A DNA stretch of 64,000 bases from Chlamydiia bacterium (lineage in GTDB: Bacteria > Chlamydiota > Chlamydiia > Chlamydiales > Rhabdochlamydiaceae), in the NCBI GenBank assembly GCA_963804085.1, contig CAWDOQ010000002.1, positions 64,001 through 128,000 on the forward strand. Reading direction: 5' to 3'. Shown here one piece after another: positions 8,566 through 19,020 of the stretch; positions within the stretch are counted from its first letter, which is position 1; every line of letters begins with the position of its first letter. Made by a program: the position numbers and the translations under genes. The notes beneath the pieces are model-generated. The model had not been told where the DNA came from. It did no database searches and worked only from the letters and a program-made list of their open reading frames with translations.

Positions 8566-10918
8566 ATGGCCGAAAAGAAAAAATCTAAAAATCATCCGGA
8601 AGTAAAGGGGCTGCTGCTCCTCTCTATCACCTTTGCGCTTTTGCTCAGCTTACTCACCTTTTCGCCGCTTGAACCCAGTAGCAACTGGCTCGGACTCATG
8701 GGCCACTGGCTCGCTTTTGTCCAGCACTACCTCCTTGGGCTGATTAGCTATCCGGCTCTAATGTTCACAGCGTGGGTTGGCTGGAAGCTCTTATGCGGAC
8801 AAAAGATCGAGGAGATCTCTTCCAAGATCTTCTACTTCTCTCTTTTTTGTGTGTCGAGCGCACTTCTCTTAAATCTCATAGCGGAGCATCTGAGCTACCT
8901 ACCCCCCTTCCTCCAATCGCAAGTCTATGTGGAGTCCTCCTTCTTTCAGCTCCCTTACCCGCATAGGCAAGTGCGTTACAACTTAGGCGGCGTGCCGCTC
9001 TACTTCCTCTACCGTGATCTTCCCACCTTTAACTTGCAGCGCTTGCTTAGCGATGTCGGCATCGGCCTGACCTTCTCTATCACCGCCTTCGTCTCTTTTT
9101 TACTTGTTAACAGGAGTGGAGCTTCTCACCGTTTGGCAAAAGAGCCAAGCTCTCGTGGTAAAACTGGTAGAGCTTATAAAGCAGCGCATGCAAGCAAAAG
9201 ATGAGGAGATAGCGCTGCCGCCTGTCAAAAAGATATCTCTTGCAGCTCAAGAGCCAAACGCCTTCCCTAAACCTATCTACTCTTCTTCGGATGAGGAGGG
9301 GCCGCGCATCCACACGCATGCTGCAAACGATCTTCCTAAGCCCAAGACAGCAAGCGCCCCCACACCTACCAAGCGTGAAAAGGCTTTGCAAGCACAAGCA
9401 GTCCACAATGGCGACTTTACCGGCTACAAGCTCCCTCCCCTTTCTCTGCTGTCCAACCCAAAAAAAACAGACCAGCCCACTCTAAAAAAAGATCTCCGGA
9501 GGCAAGCAGAGATCTTAGAAGAGACTCTCCTGAGTTTTGGGATCGAAGCTAAGGTAGGCGATATCCATTCAGGACCCACTATCACCTCGTTTGAAGTGCA
9601 TCCAGCTATTGGCGTCAAGGTGCAGAAGATCACGGCGTTAGAAAATGATATCGCACTCAACTTGCAGGCCAAATCGATTCGCATCATCGCACCCATCCCG
9701 GGAAAAGCTGCCGTCGGCGTCGAGATCCCCTCCCTCTATCCGCAAGAGGTGAGCTTTAAAGAGGTCTTGATGAGCTACCACGAAAATCCGCGCAAATTCC
9801 TGATCCCCGTTCTCCTCGGAAAAACTGTCAGCGGTGACAATGTGATGAGCGACCTTGCCAAAATGCCCCACTGCATCATAGCAGGCGCAACCGGCTCGGG
9901 AAAATCGGTCTGCATCAACACGCTAATCCTCTCTATTTTGATGAACGCACGTCCCGATGAGATCAAACTCCTCTTAGTCGATCCGAAAAAAGTGGAGCTT
10001 GCCCCTTACTCAGACCTGCCTCATCTCATTGCACCCGTCATCACCGAACCGCATGGCGCCTATGCAGCGCTCAACTGGCTAGTCAAAGAGATGCAGACTC
10101 GTTACGACATCTTGAAGCAGCTGGGCATGCGCAACGTCAGCGGTTTTAACGTACGCAAAATCGACAAAGAGTTCGAAGCCTCGCTCAGCATCCCCGTTCC
10201 CGACAAGATGCCGGCAATCGTCGCTATCATAGACGAGTTTGCCGACCTGATGATGGCCTCTAGCTCTGATCTTGAGACACCAATTGCGCGGATTGCACAG
10301 ATGGCACGCGCAGTCGGCATCCACCTTGTGCTCGCAACCCAGCGTCCCTCTCGCGAAGTGATCACGGGACTCATCAAGGCCAACTTCCCCACACGTATCG
10401 CTTTTAAAGTGGCCAGCCGCATCAACTCCCAGATCATTTTGGACGATACGGGCGCAGAAGCCCTTTTAGGAAATGGAGATATGCTCTTCCTCCCTCCCGG
10501 GAGCTCGCTGCTCATCCGCGCACAAGGCGCTTACGTGAGCGACGATGAGATCGGCCGCATCCTCTCCTTCATCAAAGAGCAGGCACCCCCGAACTATCTG
10601 ATCGCCTCTTTTGACAATATGGCCCGCGACAACCTCTTCGGAACAGAAAAAGGTGAAGAGGGTTCTTCGCGCGATACTCTCTATGACCAAGCCCTCCAAA
10701 TCGTCCTAGACACCCAGACCGCTTCCACAACTTTTTTGCAAAGAAAACTCAAAATCGGTTATGCAAGGGCTGCATCCTTAATGGATGAGCTAGAGGTCAA
10801 AGGGGTGATCGGGCCGCAAGAAGGAAGCAGGCCGCGCCGAGTTTTGACAAAGAGCTCCTCTGTATCTGAAAAACAGGATAGCATAGAGGAAGATGAACAA
10901 GACCTTTTCGAACCTTGA
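8566..10918 (+). CDS. ftsK: DNA translocase FtsK/SpoIIIE (one +1 frameshift near 9096-9105)
   Basis: N-terminal TM domain; AGATGSGKS, IIDEFADLM, LATQRPS, C-terminal gamma domain LQRKLKIGYARAA. Confidence 0.92.
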
Positions 10919-11255
10919 GCTGGACAAAAAACTCATTCCACGCCTCCGTTTTATCGGATTTTCTCTGTTATTTTTTGCTGTTTGTTCCCTCTCCTACTCC
11001 CTGATCTCTACCCCCTATCTCAGCACCACCGTGATAGAAGATGATCCTCTTGTCAAGGAGGGCGAGGAGCAGGCGGCAGGCTTTCCCGAACTTACAGACT
11101 CTCCACCCTTTATGGTGACAGAGAAAGACAAACTCAACCTCCATCTCGTGACAGCTGTCTTCTGCATCGTGGGAATCAGCTGTCTTTATCTCGCAGCCAA
11201 AAAGAAAAAAATCCTCGACATTCAACTCAAAACGCCTCCGGAAGAGGGCGCATGA
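10893..11255 (+). CDS. Hypothetical two-TM membrane protein
   Basis: 120-aa ORF overlapping both neighbours operon-style; two hydrophobic segments. Confidence 0.6.
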   Translation: MNKTFSNLELDKKLIPRLRFIGFSLLFFAVCSLSYSLISTPYLSTTVIEDDPLVKEGEEQAAGFPELTDSPPFMVTEKDKLNLHLVTAVFCIVGISCLYLAAKKKKILDIQLKTPPEEGA

Positions 11256-12589
11256 AAAAACCTGAGAAAAAACGGATCTTGATCGCCGACTCTTCCAAAG
11301 AGAGCCTACGCGAGCTCTTGCATGCGCGTGAAAGCAATCTTTATCAGATTGAAACCGTCCAAAGCGGCAACGCATGCCTTAAAAAGTTAAAAGAGGGCTC
11401 TTTCGATCTTCTTCTAGTCGACCTTTTCTTGTCTGAGATCCACGGCATAGAAATCTTAAGAAGAGTAAAAACCAATCCCAAAATGCAAAAGATGGGCGTA
11501 GTGCTGACCTGTGCACAGACGATGATCCAAAACTACCATTCTGCCCTACAGATAGGTGCTGACTACTTTCTCGAAAAGCCCTATGACCCCTCCTTCTTCT
11601 ATGAGATTGTGAAGCGCTTCTTTTTAGGTAAACTCTCCCCTCCTCCTTTTGGCGGTAAAGAGTCGAGCTCGCACATTGCTACCGAATGCTACATCCCCAA
11701 ACTCCACTCCCATCATACCTATGTCAAATTTTGGGGCACACGCGGCTCCAATCCCGTCTCTGGGCGAGACTATATGCGCTATGGGGGCAACACCTCATGC
11801 CTCGAGGTGCGCCACGGAAATGATCTGCTCATCTTAGATGGTGGCACGGGCATACGCTCGCTTGGCAGCACCCCTTTTGTTGCAAAACAAAAAACGATCC
11901 ACCTTGTCATCGGCCATACACATTGGGACCACGTGATCGGCTTTCCCTTCTTTGCACCGATCTATAATCCCGACTGCCAGCTCCACATCTACGCTCCCAT
12001 TGGCTACGGAAAAACCATCAAGGAGCTCTTCACCGAAATGTTTGCCTATTCCTATTTTCCAGTGCGCCTAGATGATATCCGCGCCAAACTGGTCTTCAAA
12101 GAGATAGAAGAGGGAGTCCCCTTTAACGTCGGCGATATAGAAGTCAACTCACACTACGCCTTTCATCCCGGCCCCACCCTCTGCTTTAAGATCCGCGCAG
12201 GGAAAAAAACTTTCGGCTACGCTACCGATAACGAGATGCTGATGGGCTATCACGGCAGCCCGAGCGAAATAGGCAAAAACAATCCGCTACTCGCACCGCA
12301 ACTTAGCCTCGTCCAATTCTTTAAAGATTGCGACTTTCTGATCCACGAAGCTCAATACTTTCCCTTGGAGTACCAAGAAAAAGTAGGTTGGGGCCACTCC
12401 TCGATCTCCAATGCCTCCGTGCTAATCAAACACGCAGGTGTAAAGGAGTGGATCGTCACCCACCATGATCCCGAACACACCGATGATGATTTGCACCGCA
12501 AGATGCAGTGGCACCATGACATCATGGATGACAACAAGATCCCCTGCAGAGTCCGCTTCGCCTTCGACGGCTTAACACTGCCTCTTTAA
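11252..12589 (+). CDS. Response-regulator receiver domain fused to MBL-fold hydrolase
   Basis: ILIAD...LLLVD...HGIE...GADYFLEKP receiver; WGTRGS, YGGNTSC, HTHWDH, GWGHS, THHDP MBL motifs. Confidence 0.85.
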   Translation: MKKPEKKRILIADSSKESLRELLHARESNLYQIETVQSGNACLKKLKEGSFDLLLVDLFLSEIHGIEILRRVKTNPKMQKMGVVLTCAQTMIQNYHSALQIGADYFLEKPYDPSFFYEIVKRFFLGKLSPPPFGGKESSSHIATECYIPKLHSHHTYVKFWGTRGSNPVSGRDYMRYGGNTSCLEVRHGNDLLILDGGTGIRSLGSTPFVAKQKTIHLVIGHTHWDHVIGFPFFAPIYNPDCQLHIYAPIGYGKTIKELFTEMFAYSYFPVRLDDIRAKLVFKEIEEGVPFNVGDIEVNSHYAFHPGPTLCFKIRAGKKTFGYATDNEMLMGYHGSPSEIGKNNPLLAPQLSLVQFFKDCDFLIHEAQYFPLEYQEKVGWGHSSISNASVLIKHAGVKEWIVTHHDPEHTDDDLHRKMQWHHDIMDDNKIPCRVRFAFDGLTLPL

Positions 12590-12666
12590 CTTGCCCCTGC
12601 CCGTGCCCCTGCCCGTGCCCTTGCCCGAATTAATCCGGATCGGGCACGGGCAGAGGCACGGGCAAG
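12590..12666. repeat. GC-rich REP-like palindrome between convergent genes
   Basis: (t/c)gccc hexamer arms around gaattaatccggatc. Confidence 0.9.
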
Positions 12667-12671
12667 GGATG

Positions 12672-13445
12672 CTAAAAATATACAGGCCTACTCACTTTGT
12701 CCTGGTGGGCGATGGAGACGGGGATCGTATGGCCGGTTGTTTGCAGCTTTTCTTGGATGATTTTTAGGGCGAGGGCGGGGTTGTTGCACTCGCTTGAAAG
12801 GTGGGCGAGGTGCACATGCTTGAGTGCGGGGTGTGCAAGATGTGCGAGGAGCTCGGCACACTCTGCGTTGGAGAGATGTCCCATGCGACTGAGGACGCGC
12901 TGCTTGTAGATGTGGGGGCGGGCGGATGCGTGGACCATTTCAGGTTGATGGTTTGCTTCGATGTAGAGATAGTCGCAAAGCTCAAGCTCCTTCATAACAA
13001 GAGTTGTGACAAAGCCGAGGTCGGTGCAGAAGCCGAGCTTTAAGTTTTCTGTGCGTAGAGTGAAGGCCACGGGATCTAGCGCATCGTGCGAGATAGAAAA
13101 GGGGCGGATCTCTATGTCGCCAAAAGAAAAGGTCTCTCCTGTCGAAAAGATCTTAAACTTAGGACACTCTTGCAATGCGCTGTAGATCCCTTTTGCAGTT
13201 TCACTGTTTGCAAATACGGGGAGACTCTCCTTACATGCTAGCTTCTGCAATCCGAGAATGTGATCGGTGTGCTCGTGCGTGACTAAAACTGCTTCGATAT
13301 CTTTAATGTCGACACCGATCTCTGCAAGACGCGCCGCAATTGTTTTTGCAGACAGTCCTGCATCGATGAGAATCTTTGTCTCTTTTGTTCCCACATAAAT
13401 GCAGTTGCCTTTGGAACCCGAGCCGAGCGGACAAAATCCTAACAT
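12672..13445 (-). CDS. MBL-fold metallohydrolase, YycJ/WalJ family
   Basis: LGSGSKGN, LIDAG, THEHTDH, SHDA, GHLSN, HLAHLS. Confidence 0.85.
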   Translation of the reverse strand: MLGFCPLGSGSKGNCIYVGTKETKILIDAGLSAKTIAARLAEIGVDIKDIEAVLVTHEHTDHILGLQKLACKESLPVFANSETAKGIYSALQECPKFKIFSTGETFSFGDIEIRPFSISHDALDPVAFTLRTENLKLGFCTDLGFVTTLVMKELELCDYLYIEANHQPEMVHASARPHIYKQRVLSRMGHLSNAECAELLAHLAHPALKHVHLAHLSSECNNPALALKIIQEKLQTTGHTIPVSIAHQDKVSRPVYF

Positions 13446-13556
13446 GTGGAATATGTATAGATTAAAAAACCATAAAGGAAAATCGAAGAATTTTAAAATT
13501 TTTATTTGACACATCGAAAATAATGCGCTAAAAACAATAAAAACCGAGGGTCCATT

Positions 13557-13925
13557 ATGTCATTAAGATCGGGAGAAGAGATTCTAGCAGACATCTCTAG
13601 CACATTAGATCAGCTGATTCAAAATGCAGAAGCGATCGATCAGATCTCTTTGCACAGTCTAAAAAGATGCGAGGTAGAGGCTCTTCAAAAGACACAAGCG
13701 AGTTTAATCGCACGCATACTGCATATGGAGAACTCTTTGGATAGCGATCAGAAGCAGGAACTGCTCCGCAAAAGACCGACTGCCACTGAAACAATCCAAA
13801 AGAAGATCGCCGAGTTCAGCAGATTAAATCAAAGACTTGCGCAAGACACTGCTCTCGGCTTCAAAAAACCGAAAGCAAAAAAGAAGCTGCGCCTGCGTAA
13901 AAGCAGACTAAAAAACCGAATTTAG
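13557..13925 (+). CDS. Hypothetical helical protein with basic C-terminus
   Basis: 122-aa ORF with GAGG RBS and an upstream TTGACA box. Confidence 0.6.
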   Translation: MSLRSGEEILADISSTLDQLIQNAEAIDQISLHSLKRCEVEALQKTQASLIARILHMENSLDSDQKQELLRKRPTATETIQKKIAEFSRLNQRLAQDTALGFKKPKAKKKLRLRKSRLKNRI

Positions 13926-15964
13926 TAGTTTGCGAGAGAACGGATCGCGCGCTCAATGTCTTGTGGTTGCGGGAGCACAGCATTCTCGAGATCCTTGCAA
14001 TAGGGCACCATGCAATCTTTGCCGGTGACGCGTTTGATGGGCGCATCGAGAAGATGGAATGCGCTCTCTGCAACTTTTGCTGCGATCTCCGCTCCAAAGC
14101 CTCCATTTCCTGGCGCTTCATGTGCAATCAGTAGTTTGCCTGTTTTTTTAAGCGAGGCGAGAACACTTTCCATATCGAGTGGAACGAGCGTTCTTAGATC
14201 GATGATTTCGACAGAGATCCCCTCTTGAGCGAGTTTTTCTGCAACGTCATACGCCATCACGACCATCATCCCCCATGCGACAAGCGTAAGGTCGCTGCCC
14301 TTACGTACAATCTTAGCTTTTCCAAAGGGTAATAGCGCGTCCTCTTTAGGCTCTTTGCGTGCACAGAAGACGCGCTGGCGGTAAAGTGCTTTGTGCTCTA
14401 AAAAAATAACGGGGTTGGGATCACGAATTGCTGTTTTCATCAGCCGCTTGGCATCAGAGGCATTACTCGGAATAACCACTTTAAGCCCCGGGCAGTGTGC
14501 TAAAAAGGCTTCGATGCTCTGTGAATGGTAGGGTCCGCCTTGGATGTAGCCACCATAAGGCATGCGGATCACGACAGGACAGCTCCATTCGCTGTTAGAA
14601 CGAAAATAAAAGCTGGAAAGCTCATTGAAAAGCTGGTTGATCCCTGTCCAGAGGTAGTCGGCAAACTGGATCTCGGCAACGGGCTTGTAGGAGTCTACCA
14701 GCGACATACCGAGCGCAAGTCCGATGATCGTCGACTCGGCAAGCGGCGTGTTAAAGCACCTCTTCACTCCATACTTCTCTGTCAGTGTGCGTGTGACTCC
14801 GAAAACGCCCCCTTTTCCATGAGCGACATCCTGTCCAAAGACGATGATTTTTGGGTCGCGTTTCATCTCCTCATCGAGCGCGTGATTGAGCGCGTCGACC
14901 ATCACGACTGCATCTTGTCCGGATGAGGAGCTCTCCTCCTCTTCCTCTGCTTGTATAACAGGACTCTCCTGGAAGAGAGCATTATCGATCGAATGAGGCT
15001 CCGGGAAGGGGATCTGTTCCGCCTCGACCGCAGCCTTTTCTACCTCTTGAAAAATCTGAGCGCGTAGCTCTTCTATCTCATTTTGCGTGGCAAGAGCGTT
15101 TTCTATCAGCCAATTTTGAAAAAGCGGAAGTGGATCTCGCGACTTTTCTTCTTCTACCGTTTCGCGATCTTTGTACTTGTTAGGATCATCACTGCTGCTA
15201 TGCGGGCCAATTCTAGGAACTTTAGCAACGATAAGGCTCGGTCCTTGACCTGCACGCGCCTTTTTTACGGCAGATTCTGTCGCATGTAAGACCTCGCAAT
15301 AGTCACAGCCATCGATATCAAAAACAGAAAGGCCGCTATATCCTTTGCCGAGCTGTACAATCGAGCCTCCGGCTGTCTGCTCAATGACCGGCACAGAGAT
15401 CGCCCAACCGTTGTCTTGAATGACAAAAATAAGTCCTAACTTATGCACGCAGGCAAAATTGAGCGCTTCATGGAAATCGCCTTGCGATGTCGCACCATCT
15501 CCTGCCGAGACATAGACTACCTCGTCTTTGCCTGAGATTTGCACTCCTTTAGCCACACCTACTGCTTGTAGAAATTGGGAACCGACGCAGCTGGATTGGC
15601 AAGGGAGGCGGAGCTCTTTGTGTGAGAAGTGTTCGGGCATCATTCTACCACCTGAATGGTGGGGCACAGCACGCGCAAGGAAGGTTCCGATCAGATCTTT
15701 AGATGTGCAGCCAATGCCGACTGCAAAGGCGCGGTCGCGGTAGTAGGGAAGTCCCCAATCTTTTCCGGGCTCAAGCGCAAGAGCGCAAGCAGCACCGATC
15801 ATCTCGTGGCCAATAACAGATATGTGAAAAGTGCCGCCCTTGTTCTGACGCACCAGCTTGAACATCTTCTCGTCTAAAATCCGCGTGCGCAGCATCGCCT
15901 CGAGAAGCTTTAAACACTTCTCTTTTTTAATCTCTGTGCCGCTCTCTTCTAGTAGAGTGCCCAT
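13922..15964 (-). CDS. Fused 2-oxoacid (probably branched-chain) dehydrogenase E1 alpha/beta
   Basis: TPP motif GDGATSQG...N, HSSSDD, FNTPLAES, GGPYHSQS; alpha+beta fusion typical of chlamydiae. Confidence 0.9.
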   Translation of the reverse strand: MGTLLEESGTEIKKEKCLKLLEAMLRTRILDEKMFKLVRQNKGGTFHISVIGHEMIGAACALALEPGKDWGLPYYRDRAFAVGIGCTSKDLIGTFLARAVPHHSGGRMMPEHFSHKELRLPCQSSCVGSQFLQAVGVAKGVQISGKDEVVYVSAGDGATSQGDFHEALNFACVHKLGLIFVIQDNGWAISVPVIEQTAGGSIVQLGKGYSGLSVFDIDGCDYCEVLHATESAVKKARAGQGPSLIVAKVPRIGPHSSSDDPNKYKDRETVEEEKSRDPLPLFQNWLIENALATQNEIEELRAQIFQEVEKAAVEAEQIPFPEPHSIDNALFQESPVIQAEEEEESSSSGQDAVVMVDALNHALDEEMKRDPKIIVFGQDVAHGKGGVFGVTRTLTEKYGVKRCFNTPLAESTIIGLALGMSLVDSYKPVAEIQFADYLWTGINQLFNELSSFYFRSNSEWSCPVVIRMPYGGYIQGGPYHSQSIEAFLAHCPGLKVVIPSNASDAKRLMKTAIRDPNPVIFLEHKALYRQRVFCARKEPKEDALLPFGKAKIVRKGSDLTLVAWGMMVVMAYDVAEKLAQEGISVEIIDLRTLVPLDMESVLASLKKTGKLLIAHEAPGNGGFGAEIAAKVAESAFHLLDAPIKRVTGKDCMVPYCKDLENAVLPQPQDIERAIRSLANY

Positions 15965-15967
15965 CGC

Positions 15968-17113
15968 CTACCTCTTCTTTCCCTTCTTCTGAATGGGCGT
16001 GACCATTTTGATCTCTTTTTTCTTAGGCGGCTGCGGTGTCTCTTCTTGGTCTTCTCCCTTTACAGGGCGCTCTTTCTTCTTTGGTAAAAAGCCTTTGACC
16101 ACATCCAAAATCTTTCTCTTCTTCTCGCCAGATTCGACTCCCTCTTCGGTAATTTCGGGAAGCTCTTCGACCTCTTTGGCGACCGCTTTGATCAGCTTCT
16201 CCTCTTTTTCGATGCCAGGGATGTCGTGGATATCCGCTAGGCGGCTTGAAAGATGGCGCAGCGACTCAAGTCTCTCGGAAAGTGCTTGCAGTTTGGCATC
16301 CACTTTGACACGCGTGCTTCCACGCAAACTTGCCAAGAGCTGCGCTTCTGTGTCGTAGCGAGCAGAGAAGGTGACTCCTGTAGCACTAGTGATATCGGGG
16401 ATAAACAGAAAGTGGCGAACGCTAGCTGGAACTGTTGTGTACATATCCATAGTGAGCTGGGGCTCGAGCTCCACTTTGACCACCTGCTTCGGAGGTCTTC
16501 CTCGTTTCGGACGCGGATTGAGCGCCTCGTTGGAGTAGTAGGTCTTAGCTTTGGCAAGGAGCACATCGCGCGCAGTTTGCACATCTTTTGATACTTTAGC
16601 ATCGAAGAGATGACGTTTGAGCTTTTCGATTGTGAGTTTTGGCAGTTCGAGATCCTCTTCAAAGACAAACTGGATCTCTTCAGATCTCAGCCACTCGATG
16701 ATGCGGATGCGCGATCTTTCGTGGTAGTACTGCTGCCACTTTTCCAGCTCGGTCAAATGGTCGTAGATGAATTCAAGAAAATTTTCCCGCGCCTCTTTGG
16801 ATTGGATGATATCGAGGAGTTTTTCCTTTGTGTCGATATCGTAGACCTTTTCGTTGATGAATCCCTCCATGAACTTCTTTGTCTCATAAAAAGTCATCTT
16901 CGGAATCAGGCAGTAGCGATCGGCGTGGAGGGTGATCTCTTTGTCTAGCTCCTCTAGCTCCGGCTCATTCTTGTCTAGATCGACATAGAAGATAAACCCT
17001 TCGACCTTATCCAGATAGAAATCGCGCTCATCGTCCGACTTGGCAAAGGCGTCCATCAACCTGTTGTAGCGGAGGATCAGAGGATTTTGGGCACGAGGAT
17101 AAGTTTTCATCAT
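15968..17113 (-). CDS. UPF0158 family protein
   Basis: QNPLILR...LMDAFAKSDDERDFYLD...EALNPRPKRGRPPKQ, conserved chlamydial protein. Confidence 0.8.
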   Translation of the reverse strand: MMKTYPRAQNPLILRYNRLMDAFAKSDDERDFYLDKVEGFIFYVDLDKNEPELEELDKEITLHADRYCLIPKMTFYETKKFMEGFINEKVYDIDTKEKLLDIIQSKEARENFLEFIYDHLTELEKWQQYYHERSRIRIIEWLRSEEIQFVFEEDLELPKLTIEKLKRHLFDAKVSKDVQTARDVLLAKAKTYYSNEALNPRPKRGRPPKQVVKVELEPQLTMDMYTTVPASVRHFLFIPDITSATGVTFSARYDTEAQLLASLRGSTRVKVDAKLQALSERLESLRHLSSRLADIHDIPGIEKEEKLIKAVAKEVEELPEITEEGVESGEKKRKILDVVKGFLPKKKERPVKGEDQEETPQPPKKKEIKMVTPIQKKGKKR

Positions 17114-17210
17114 AAAAATTTCTCTATTTAAATCTTATCTTAGCGAGGTTATCAGATCACGGCCGGCAGATCAAGCGCCTTTATGTTATCAATGAGAGGA
17201 CCCAGTGAGA

Positions 17211-17369
17211 AGAGGGCCCAGTGGACGAGGTGGACAATAAGAGATGTGGACTTAAGTGGACTAAGTGGACGGCCCATTCTTAAGTTTATTCTTGGGCGCC
17301 TGTCCACCTCGTCCACTTAAGTCCGATTATTCTTATGTTCTTCTGTCCACCTCGTCCACTGGGCCCTCT
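17211..17369. repeat. 159-bp palindrome built from GTGGAC units
   Basis: Perfect 26-bp terminal inverted repeat agagggcccagtggacgaggtggaca / tgtccacctcgtccactgggccctct plus inner ggacttaagtggac / gtccacttaagtcc. Confidence 0.9.
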
Positions 17370-17507
17370 CCGTGGTTTTCTATCTTTTTTATTTTAAAGT
17401 AATAATATAAATTTTGTTTTGCATTGAAGTGTTTACCAGAAAATCGATTGTAATATTCAAGGATTTATGTTATATTCTACCACAAATTAAAATAAAGGAT
17501 CGAATCA

Positions 17508-18782
17508 ATGGCTTCTCGTTTGCTAGGACCGCATTCAACTCCGCTTCATGATGATGTAGCGGCTTATGCATTCTCTTATTTAGACAAAGAAGATCGCAAA
17601 AATTTGGCGTGTGTAAACAAGAGAAATCGAGAATTTATCACAACAAAATACCCAAAATATGATCGAACTGCTCCGAAGTATAAAGAGCTAACCACACTTC
17701 AAAAACTTGAATTGGAGTTTATCAAGTTTCAGGATCGGCCGGTTTGGGAGCGCGTCTGCATTGTGGCGCTTTGTGTTCTACTATCACCCGCGATTCTTGC
17801 GTATCACAGCCCTAGCTTGCTAGAAAAATTTTATATTGCAGTCATTGATCCGTGCGCTCGATCGCTTGCAAGCCATTTGGAAGCGATCGCCATTACAATT
17901 TATGACTACGCGCTTACTCCACTGGGTCACTTTACCTACGATTATGTTCTTGTTCCGTTTGCTCAAGCAGTTCGCAAAATAGCAGTTGTGACTTACGATT
18001 ATGTTCTCACTCCTCTCGGCAATGCGATTTACGAAATTGCAAAATTCATCTTTGTGACTTTTCCAACACATCTCTATGAGTCGGTTCTCCACCCTTTGGC
18101 AAGTAAAACATGGGATATTCTGATATTGGCTAATGAGCACATTTTGACGCCCCTTGCTCGAGCTGTTCAATCTCTATTTACCGGAGGACTGGTCCGTTTG
18201 CTTCACGCTCTCTATACAAACGTTCTGGAACCGACAGGTCGTGTTTTGTGGGAAGGCCTCAATTTACTATATGATCATCTGCTTGTCCCTCTAGCAAATT
18301 TTGTTTCCGTTATTGCACAAGGTGTATTCATTACATTTCCTACCAAAGCATGGAATCATGTGATTGGTCCGGCAATGGACTGGACTTTGGATTGGATAGT
18401 TGTTCCTTTAGCAACCAAGGCCTGGGAAGCGATGACTCTTTTGTTTCATCACGTAGTGGTTCCTATTGCCGAGCTTCTGGGTGTCATCTTGGAAGGCGTT
18501 TGCATCACGTTTCCCTCCAAAATCTACGTTCATATTCTGTCGCCTATAGGCGGGGCCATTGGACGTCTCCTGATTGTCACTTACGAGGTGATTTTAACGC
18601 CCCTTGGTCAAATGATTCAGAAAGTTGCTTTAGCCATTTTCAACGAGCTACTTATTCCTATGGGATACGGAATTCAATTTGGCGCCGAGATATTGTACAC
18701 GAATGTTCTTTCTCCAGTGGGAATGCTCATTATGTCACTACCTTCGCTCGTGGGATACGCCTTCTCCGGCAAGCAATCATAA
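17508..18782 (+). CDS. F-box-like protein with long amphipathic helical repeat region
   Basis: LHDDVAAYAFSYLDKEDRKNLACVNKR F-box pattern; repeated YxxVLxP units; AT-richer than the flanking core genes. Confidence 0.65.
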   Translation: MASRLLGPHSTPLHDDVAAYAFSYLDKEDRKNLACVNKRNREFITTKYPKYDRTAPKYKELTTLQKLELEFIKFQDRPVWERVCIVALCVLLSPAILAYHSPSLLEKFYIAVIDPCARSLASHLEAIAITIYDYALTPLGHFTYDYVLVPFAQAVRKIAVVTYDYVLTPLGNAIYEIAKFIFVTFPTHLYESVLHPLASKTWDILILANEHILTPLARAVQSLFTGGLVRLLHALYTNVLEPTGRVLWEGLNLLYDHLLVPLANFVSVIAQGVFITFPTKAWNHVIGPAMDWTLDWIVVPLATKAWEAMTLLFHHVVVPIAELLGVILEGVCITFPSKIYVHILSPIGGAIGRLLIVTYEVILTPLGQMIQKVALAIFNELLIPMGYGIQFGAEILYTNVLSPVGMLIMSLPSLVGYAFSGKQS

Positions 18783-18791
18783 ATCTCCGAA

Positions 18792-18874
18792 TTACGAGCC
18801 CGCTTCCGCGCCCGCATGCGCGCCCGATCCGGATTAATTCGGGCGCGCATGCGGGCGCGGAAGCGGGCACGTAA
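18792..18874. repeat. GC-rich REP-like palindrome
   Basis: ttacgagcccgcttccgcgcccgcatgcgcgcccga-tccggattaat-tcgggcgcgcatgcgggcgcggaagcgggcacgtaa. Confidence 0.92.
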
Positions 18875-19020
18875 AATCACAGGGATATTTTTAACGTAAA
18901 GAATATTGGACCTTATCCAGGTTATGGTACAGGATTCTGGACGTTATACCATCTATCACAAATAACATTGAGTTCAGCGGCGCTTTCACGCAGCTGAAAC
19001 TCAATGTGTGATAGATGGTA

